Shown here piece after piece: positions 44,976 to 50,100 of a DNA stretch of 50,100 nucleotides (its first letter is position 1; every line of letters starts with the position of its first letter). Made by a program: the position numbers and the translations under genes. This stretch comes from a virus. Its lineage: Duplodnaviria > Caudoviricetes. The notes beneath the pieces were generated by a model, which was not told the origin of the DNA, searched no databases, and saw nothing but the letters and a program-made list of their open reading frames with translations. The stretch lies in the IMG/VR virus record IMGVR_UViG_3300036832_001188, positions 1-50,100 of that record. The stretch is one strand, 5' to 3'.

Positions 44976-45464
44976 TTAACGGTAGTGTGCGAATTTTCGC
45001 TTAACGACAGCGAATAATAGCACCCCAAAAGCTAGTAGGGGGAAGGTGGAAGGTTCGGGGACAGAGAAACTAGCGGGGGTGATGTGGAGGGAGTGGAGAT
45101 CGGCGTAGCCGATCGCGGTCGAGGAGAGTTGCTCGCCGCCTATCCAGAAGCCGCCCCGTTGGTAGTGGCCGCCTTTCCAGAGGGAAACGTTGTAGCAGCC
45201 TGGACAATGGATCGATTCGAGGCCGCCGCGCATGCTATCGATCGCCCCTACGTGGCAGATGTTCTGCGGACCAGCCCCTTGGGGGACCGCGCCCATCGGC
45301 ATTATGCTAATGCAGGTGTTGTTAGAGGGATCGAGTTCGAGGGCCCACGCCGGGCCACTGAGGATCATATTGATCCCCTCTACCGTGTAGGTTCCGCCGG
45401 TGGAACCGCCGTCGTAGCTCACCAGCTGCATAGGACCGCCGGTGAGGATGATGGTGTCGATCAT
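44976..45464 (-). CDS. PEP-CTERM sorting-signal protein
   Basis: C-terminal VPEPST + TM (FPLLAFGVLLFAVV) + KRK; GAGGAG SD. Confidence 0.8.
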   Translation of the reverse strand: MIDTIILTGGPMQLVSYDGGSTGGTYTVEGINMILSGPAWALELDPSNNTCISIMPMGAVPQGAGPQNICHVGAIDSMRGGLESIHCPGCYNVSLWKGGHYQRGGFWIGGEQLSSTAIGYADLHSLHITPASFSVPEPSTFPLLAFGVLLFAVVKRKFAHYR

Positions 45465-45688
45465 GGTTGTCTCCTCTCAGTTGTTCCGTTGTCACATATC
45501 GGGCAGTGGAGCCATATGTTTCCATCCTTGAGTATGGTGCTGATCAAGGTGTGTCCCGGCTTACCGCATGTTCTCTCGATTACTGATCTCACGGGATGTG
45601 GTAACGAGTCGCAGCCCGGGGCGCGACGCATATCCTGTGGCCCTTCGGCGGGCCGCAGGGCTTCGCGACGGGCAGTCATCGCACCCAC
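45461..45688 (-). CDS. small Cys-rich (Zn-ribbon-like) hypothetical protein
   Basis: CGKPGH...HCPIC; ATGA coupling (start possibly 45679). Confidence 0.55.
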   Translation of the reverse strand: MGAMTARREALRPAEGPQDMRRAPGCDSLPHPVRSVIERTCGKPGHTLISTILKDGNIWLHCPICDNGTTERRQP

Positions 45689-45858
45689 CCTCCCTTTTCT
45701 GGCCGGTAGGTGTAGCTGTACCCCCTGCGCCGCGCATCACATTTGCATCCATGACCGTCCCAAGAATCCGTACCCGCCTTGCGCCATCCGCATACTTGGC
45801 AGAACGGGTGGAATGGCTGTGGCTTGTCCTTGGTCACAACGATTTTCACGGTGCTCAC
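45676..45858 (-). CDS. small CxxC hypothetical protein (60 aa)
   Basis: FCQVCGW...CKC; GTGA coupling. Confidence 0.55.
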   Translation of the reverse strand: MSTVKIVVTKDKPQPFHPFCQVCGWRKAGTDSWDGHGCKCDARRRGYSYTYRPEKGGWVR

Positions 45859-46322
45859 GTCTTCTTCTCCTCGGCGGGGCGCATGGCTTCGCGAGCGCGT
45901 AGCAACGCTGGTCCGATGGTTACGCTGACTTGAAGCGCTGCATCTTCAGTCGTTTGCGGCACACGCATGTGCTCAACAGCAGCGACCAGCCCCGCCAGCG
46001 CCGCCCGCAGCCGCTCGTTTTCACCTTGATACTCCCCAAGCCGTGCAGCTTGTTGCATCCAGCCTTGTAGCTCTAGCGTCAGCCGCTCGTTTTCTGTAGA
46101 CAGTTTAGAGCAGATCGTTACGTGCCGCCCAATGTCGTGGGTCAGCTGCTCGTTGTCCTTTTTCAATCCAGTAACAGCCGCCCGCATCAGTTCTGTGTCA
46201 ACGATATTCTGCTGTAGGCGGGTTAGCCGCTCGATCTCATCGGCGGCATCCATCAGCAATTGCTGCCCGGTAATATCGTCGCCGGTATCCCAGTCGCGCA
46301 GCCGATTGACTAGATCGCTCAC
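45855..46322 (-). CDS. coiled-coil hypothetical protein (Ead/Ea22-like)
   Basis: DLVNRLR...DAADEIERL...ENERL repeats. Confidence 0.7.
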   Translation of the reverse strand: MSDLVNRLRDWDTGDDITGQQLLMDAADEIERLTRLQQNIVDTELMRAAVTGLKKDNEQLTHDIGRHVTICSKLSTENERLTLELQGWMQQAARLGEYQGENERLRAALAGLVAAVEHMRVPQTTEDAALQVSVTIGPALLRAREAMRPAEEKKT

Positions 46323-47257
46323 AGCCCCCCCTGTCCGGTCTTGAGAGCGCCAAGGCTTTCATCGCCTAACTGCTCGCCACCGAAGTCAGCCTCGTTGAGT
46401 CCCGGCGAGCCGAGCAGGTCAATGGCGTTTATCTGCTGAATGAGCAAGTCGGTGTCGAACGTCGCGGTGAATGCAACGCCATCGATCACTGGGCCGATGG
46501 CATCGCCGATTGCCCGCTGGAGTGTCGGGTCGTAGGTCTGAATGAGATTACTCATTACGGTTCCAACTACATAGCCGCCACCGAACCAGATCACCCCCTC
46601 CGGAATCAACGTGCGGACCAGCAACCCGAGGCCCTGCGCGGCATCACCCGTTGCAGCAGTACATTCCGCCCAGGCCTGCATGAGAGTGGTCTGTGGAGGC
46701 CAGCCTCCAATGGTGGGTACGATCTTCTGGATGCGCTTGCGTCCGCCCGGGATCGAGGTCGCATAGATCGACTGGTTGTACATCAGGTTTACCGTTGTCA
46801 GCCGATTGATAGCGGCATGCGAGGCGACACCCAAGAGATTTCCAAACAGGATATAGCAGGAATACCCGCCGGGACTCTTCTGGAAGACCACACAGAATTC
46901 GTAAAACTGAAAACTGCTCATCGACCAGAAATATTTATATAGCTCTGCGGAGCCGCCATGGGTACGCTTAGCAACCAAGTAACGCATCATCGTGGGAACG
47001 AAGTTTTGATTGATCTGTGCCGCGGTTGCGCCGACGACCGGCGAGGCTTCTACACGCCCGATAACTGCCGCCAGAGCGACAAGACCAAAAGCCCAGTACC
47101 GAGCCACCAGCAGGCTTTTCGCCAGCCGCTTCGACTGTGGAGATGCTTCACCGCTTCGGTGATCGGCATCCGGTAATAGCGCCAGTTGTGCGGGTCGAAG
47201 CTTAGCGTTAACAAAACGCCGGATAGCATTGTGAGAACTTGGGTTGTGTTCATTCAT
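46319..47257 (-). CDS. hypothetical secreted or membrane-active protein (start uncertain)
   Basis: Signal-peptide-like segment YWAFGLVALAAVIGRVEA-S; Gly-rich hydrophobic helices near the C-terminus. Confidence 0.6.
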   Translation of the reverse strand: MNEHNPSSHNAIRRFVNAKLRPAQLALLPDADHRSGEASPQSKRLAKSLLVARYWAFGLVALAAVIGRVEASPVVGATAAQINQNFVPTMMRYLVAKRTHGGSAELYKYFWSMSSFQFYEFCVVFQKSPGGYSCYILFGNLLGVASHAAINRLTTVNLMYNQSIYATSIPGGRKRIQKIVPTIGGWPPQTTLMQAWAECTAATGDAAQGLGLLVRTLIPEGVIWFGGGYVVGTVMSNLIQTYDPTLQRAIGDAIGPVIDGVAFTATFDTDLLIQQINAIDLLGSPGLNEADFGGEQLGDESLGALKTGQGGL

Positions 47258-47357
47258 CTTCCTCTCCGTAGTTGTCTGATTCGAAGGTGTCGTTGAATCC
47301 GAACGACGATGTTTCATCGTCGTCGGCATCGGCGTCCTCGCCGATCCAGTCGATCAT
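47250..47357 (-). CDS. very acidic peptide (35 aa)
   Basis: MIDWIGEDADADDDETSSFGFNDTFESDNYGEEDE; ATGA-coupled to the upstream gene. Confidence 0.55.
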   Translation of the reverse strand: MIDWIGEDADADDDETSSFGFNDTFESDNYGEEDE

Positions 47358-47668
47358 TCGCTCGACTGCAGCCAGTGAATGGCTTCTTCGTGCATTTCGA
47401 GGGCCTCGGCCCAAGTGCTGCAGCGGGTCTGGTAGTCGAGGGCGGTGCTGCCCGGCCCGAAAATCATTGTCTCGAATAGAATTGGGGGGCCATCGAACCA
47501 CTGATGGTCTATTCCTAGGAAGACGGTGGAGACTAGGTGGTCGCCAACTAGGGATTTGGCGACGTGACGATCGGCGGACTCGAACCACTGGCCCCACTCC
47601 ACAATATCGTCCGTTGGAATGGCGATATGGTCCTTGAGGATGTACCTGCCTGCCATATTCGATTTCAT
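47354..47668 (-). CDS. conserved phage hypothetical protein (104 aa)
   Basis: VSTVFLGIDHQW...PILFETMIFG; TAATG coupling. Confidence 0.75.
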   Translation of the reverse strand: MKSNMAGRYILKDHIAIPTDDIVEWGQWFESADRHVAKSLVGDHLVSTVFLGIDHQWFDGPPILFETMIFGPGSTALDYQTRCSTWAEALEMHEEAIHWLQSSE

Positions 47669-47856
47669 TAGCGGCCCCGCAGGATAGTTTGGATGCTGGA
47701 CAGCAGGGTTGTGTGCTGGTGAAGCACCTGGACAGTTTCCTCGAGCGCCACGGCGATTTGATGGGTGTTCTTGATACCAGCTTCCATGGCGGTGGCGAGC
47801 CGGATTAGGTTGGATTCGAGATCCTCGAGCTTGGTGGCGAATGCGAGGTATTCCAT
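47668..47856 (-). CDS. hypothetical coiled-coil protein (62 aa)
   Basis: MEYLAFATKLEDLES...; GGAGG SD and TAATG coupling. Confidence 0.65.
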   Translation of the reverse strand: MEYLAFATKLEDLESNLIRLATAMEAGIKNTHQIAVALEETVQVLHQHTTLLSSIQTILRGR

Positions 47857-48056
47857 TAGCGGCCCTCCGTTAGTGCGGACCATTCTTCGTCGCTGGTGCC
47901 GCTGATGAGGAACTCTCTGTCGGCCGCCGACAGGTGTGGCATGACGTTCTGGATTAGCTCGCCCTGTTGCCAGCGGGCTAGCTGTTCGGGGGTGCAGTCG
48001 ATGTCGCGGGTGCGTGTGATGCCGGTGAGGGCGGATTTGCGGGTTACTCGAATCAT
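47856..48056 (-). CDS. conserved phage hypothetical protein (66 aa)
   Basis: RKSALTG...LIQNVMPHLSAADREFLISG; TCGGAGGCTC SD at 48061-48070. Confidence 0.75.
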   Translation of the reverse strand: MIRVTRKSALTGITRTRDIDCTPEQLARWQQGELIQNVMPHLSAADREFLISGTSDEEWSALTEGR

Positions 48057-48265
48057 GGTTGAGCCTCCGAGTATTTGGCGATGGCGGCGCGTGCGCGCGC
48101 ATTGGCGAGGGAGCCATAGTCTTTGTACTCGGCGATCTCGCGCAGCGCGGTCAACAGTTCGGCGTTGGCGGACTCGAGACCCTCGATGTAGTCGAGGGCC
48201 TCGTTAGCGAGTCTGCGGAGCATGATAACGTCGAGGGCGGCGAGGCCCCTATCTTTAGAGGTCAT
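48053..48265 (-). CDS. hypothetical protein (70 aa)
   Basis: ELLTALREI...ARAAIAK; coupled to neighbours. Confidence 0.65.
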   Translation of the reverse strand: MTSKDRGLAALDVIMLRRLANEALDYIEGLESANAELLTALREIAEYKDYGSLANARARAAIAKYSEAQP

Positions 48266-48449
48266 CGTTGGTGTGCTCCGCTACCTTTGTGACTAGTCCG
48301 TGAAGGGCGAGGCGCGCTGGCAGCACTACATTCCAGTTACAGTCGTTGCAGCAGCGGCCGTCATTGACGGGCTGCGCGTTATTGCCCCATTCGATGAAGG
48401 GTAGGAAACAGATCGAGCAGATTTTGGGTTGGTCTAGTTGGGTGGTCAT
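48255..48449 (-). CDS. small Zn-binding hypothetical protein (64 aa)
   Basis: CSIC...GNNAQPV..GRCCNDCN. Confidence 0.7.
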   Translation of the reverse strand: MTTQLDQPKICSICFLPFIEWGNNAQPVNDGRCCNDCNWNVVLPARLALHGLVTKVAEHTNDDL

Positions 48450-48928
48450 TTGGTGTCCTTGGCCTCGGTGGGCGTGAGTTTGCCGGCTCGCCAGCGACGG
48501 ATCATTGAGCCGCTGATTCGGAATTTGTCGGCGGTGGCTCTGTGGCCGTGCTCTTTGTAGTAGGAGAGGATCTCCTGTTTCATGGCGGGGGTGAACTTGC
48601 GGCGCGTGGTTTTGCGGGTCTGGGAGCCGGTTTCGATTCGACGGGCGTATTCGGCGGCGTAGTTGCGCTTGCTGTTGTCGTAGACGCGCTTGCTGTCAGC
48701 GTAAGAGCGGCGGCGGGCCGCTTTAAACTTGCCGCGGTTGGCGCGGTACCACTCGCGCGCCCAGCGGCGCTTGCGCTCGAGAGCCGATTCGCCGCTAGCT
48801 GGCGCGGTGCCGTTGGCGCGGCCTTGCGCGCCGCTGGTGATTAGGCGGACTGCCTCCAGGTAGAGGGTCTGCTGCAGGCCCTCGCCTAGCTTGGGAATGA
48901 TTTCGTTCCAGTCGATCTGTGATTTCAT
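48446..48928 (-). CDS. basic HTH DNA-binding protein
   Basis: RRKFTPAMKQEILSYYKEHGHRATADKFRISGSMIRRWR; AGGAGGCTC SD. Confidence 0.75.
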   Translation of the reverse strand: MKSQIDWNEIIPKLGEGLQQTLYLEAVRLITSGAQGRANGTAPASGESALERKRRWAREWYRANRGKFKAARRRSYADSKRVYDNSKRNYAAEYARRIETGSQTRKTTRRKFTPAMKQEILSYYKEHGHRATADKFRISGSMIRRWRAGKLTPTEAKDTK

Positions 48929-48937
48929 TTGAGCCTC

Positions 48938-49096
48938 CTAGACTCGCCATCCTTTTCGGCAGCGAAGATGCGATTTAAGATTATCTACAGTGTAATGGCG
49001 ACGTGTTGGATAGTAGCTGTAGTGGTAGCGGCCGGACCGCCAGCGGACATATTCTGCCCAAGCTGTGTTTAGGAAATCCCGCTTCCAATCCTGCAT
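48938..49096 (-). CDS. small basic/aromatic hypothetical protein (52 aa)
   Basis: MQDWKRDFLNTAWAEY...KGWRV*; CGGAGGCTC SD at 49102-49110. Confidence 0.6.
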   Translation of the reverse strand: MQDWKRDFLNTAWAEYVRWRSGRYHYSYYPTRRHYTVDNLKSHLRCRKGWRV

Positions 49097-49122
49097 GGTG
49101 TGAGCCTCCGTAACGCTCCGCG

Positions 49123-49578
49123 TTAGCTAGCGTGCTTAGTGAGAGAGCGGACGCCCTCAGTGTAGTGTTTGCGATTCTTCTTATATTGGTTGGTTTTGCG
49201 GCCCGGCTTCTTGGGAATTCGGGTCGTGCGGCCGAGTAGATTACCCGCATGTACCTTGTCGAGTTGGTATTTGCCGGGAGAGAAGCTGTGGGAGCGGTCG
49301 AACACGATGAGTTCCTTTTCGACGTGATCGGGGACTTGGTAGCGGTAGGCGGTGCGGCCTCTAATCAAATAGGCTCGCGATAGCGAGACGATTGCGCCGT
49401 CCCAGCGGCGCTCGGCGGCTTTGGCGATCGCACAGAGGTTAGCGGCTTTGCCGACGCCTGAGTCGCAGTCACGCTGCGTGACTGTGATGATCGTGCCGCG
49501 CTTGGCGTCCTCGACTTTGTTGACATCGGGATAGTACCTGCGCACGAAGCGAAGTGCTCCCGTTCCTACGTTACTCAT
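49123..49578 (-). CDS. hypothetical basic protein (151 aa)
   Basis: ORF with AGGA SD; ITVTQRDC...CAIAKA. Confidence 0.7.
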   Translation of the reverse strand: MSNVGTGALRFVRRYYPDVNKVEDAKRGTIITVTQRDCDSGVGKAANLCAIAKAAERRWDGAIVSLSRAYLIRGRTAYRYQVPDHVEKELIVFDRSHSFSPGKYQLDKVHAGNLLGRTTRIPKKPGRKTNQYKKNRKHYTEGVRSLTKHAS

Positions 49579-49603
49579 ACGATTGGTTCCTGTGTGACTT
49601 GGG

Positions 49604-49701
49604 GGAATTTCGGATTAGTGGGAATTTCGGTATAGCGGAATTTCCAAATAGCGGGAATTTCGATATAGCGGAATTTTGGTATAGCGGACCTGGACAATAG
49701 C
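49604..49701. repeat. tandem array of 16-17-bp units GGAATTTCGGTATAGC (5 copies plus 1 degenerate)
   Basis: Units start at 49604, 49621, 49637, 49654, 49670 and 49686. Confidence 0.9.
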
Positions 49702-49809
49702 GGGCGCTGGCCGCAGCGCCGCGCAGCGCGGACAGAGGCCGCCGGTGCCGTAGACTAGCGGGATGCGGGCGCCGCAGCGGGCGCACTGATGGTAGCGTTG
49801 CTGGGTCAC
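49615..49809 (-). CDS. Zn-ribbon hypothetical protein running into the repeat array
   Basis: CARC...CPRC; GTGA coupling. Confidence 0.5.
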   Translation of the reverse strand: MTQQRYHQCARCGARIPLVYGTGGLCPRCAALRPAPAIVQVRYTKIPLYRNSRYLEIPLYRNSH

Positions 49810-49985
49810 TCAGCGGATCTGTCTGGGTAATGGTGAATGCAAACGAACTGGTTGTCGTTGGAATAACCTAGTAGGTGGCCACCGGTGGCGTAACAGTAAC
49901 CGTCCGGTGCCACGTAACGGTAGACGAGCGGCACGAGCGCCGCGAACGATAGACCGATTACTATTCCGATGAGCATATGTTTCAT
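49806..49985 (-). CDS. small TM hypothetical protein (59 aa)
   Basis: Start MKHMLIGIVIG after TCGGAGGCTC (49989-49998 = 16-25). Confidence 0.65.
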   Translation of the reverse strand: MKHMLIGIVIGLSFAALVPLVYRYVAPDGYCYATGGHLLGYSNDNQFVCIHHYPDRSAE

Positions 49986-50100
49986 GGTGAGCCTCCGAGC
50001 TGCCGCTTCGGCAGCTAGTAACCTTCCACTACGACTGTCGCGATGCGACGGCCGCTGCTGTCGAGCAGGCGAAATTCGGCCCAATCGCTGCCGCCGTCGG
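49974..50100. repeat. 127-bp terminal direct repeat (copy 2)
   Basis: Identical to 1-127. Confidence 0.95.

Noticed and set aside
45084-45902. 272-aa plus-strand ORF and other long antisense ORFs (e.g. 29419-30243)
   Set aside because: They shadow well-supported, coupled genes on the opposite strand and show no motifs; typical of GC-rich DNA
49604-49701. Mini CRISPR array
   Set aside because: Units abut with no unique spacers and are only 16-17 bp
1-50100. Stop-codon reassignment or lysogeny module
   Set aside because: Standard code gives dense, intact genes ending in all three stops; no integrase, ParA or CI/Cro pair recognised

Overview
This window is an apparently complete ~49,973-bp podovirus-type dsDNA phage genome. 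Bases 1-127 are identical to 49974-50100, most likely an assembly overlap of a circular or permuted contig. There are three transcription blocks. (1) A leftward early region runs from ~5500 across the junction to a terminator at ~44240 and holds many small ORFs, a classic AAA+ ATPase and a PEP-CTERM protein. (2) A leftward replication region (44170-37296) encodes a Cas4-like exonuclease, a Sak4-like ATPase, an SSB-like protein, a UDG-fused family A DNA polymerase and a DUF3987-like P-loop protein. (3) A rightward late region (5710-37232) has fibre/spike genes placed before TerL, then portal, GroES, scaffold, capsid, P22-like adaptor/nozzle and ejection proteins, a tailspike and lysis genes, with a sulfotransferase-like gene, an AspH-like hydroxylase and a PurD-like ATP-grasp gene embedded among them. 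I recognised no integrase, repressor cassette, tRNA, CRISPR array or primase. The most striking signal is regulatory. Twelve early genes share an extended Shine-Dalgarno box, (TC)GGAGGCTC(A). The 3' UTR at the far end of the same early region folds into a three-hairpin, terminator-ended RNA that displays the exact antisense (UGAGCCUCCGA) in a loop, making it a candidate phage sRNA that silences its own early regulon. All family assignments come from motif recognition by eye, with no database search.
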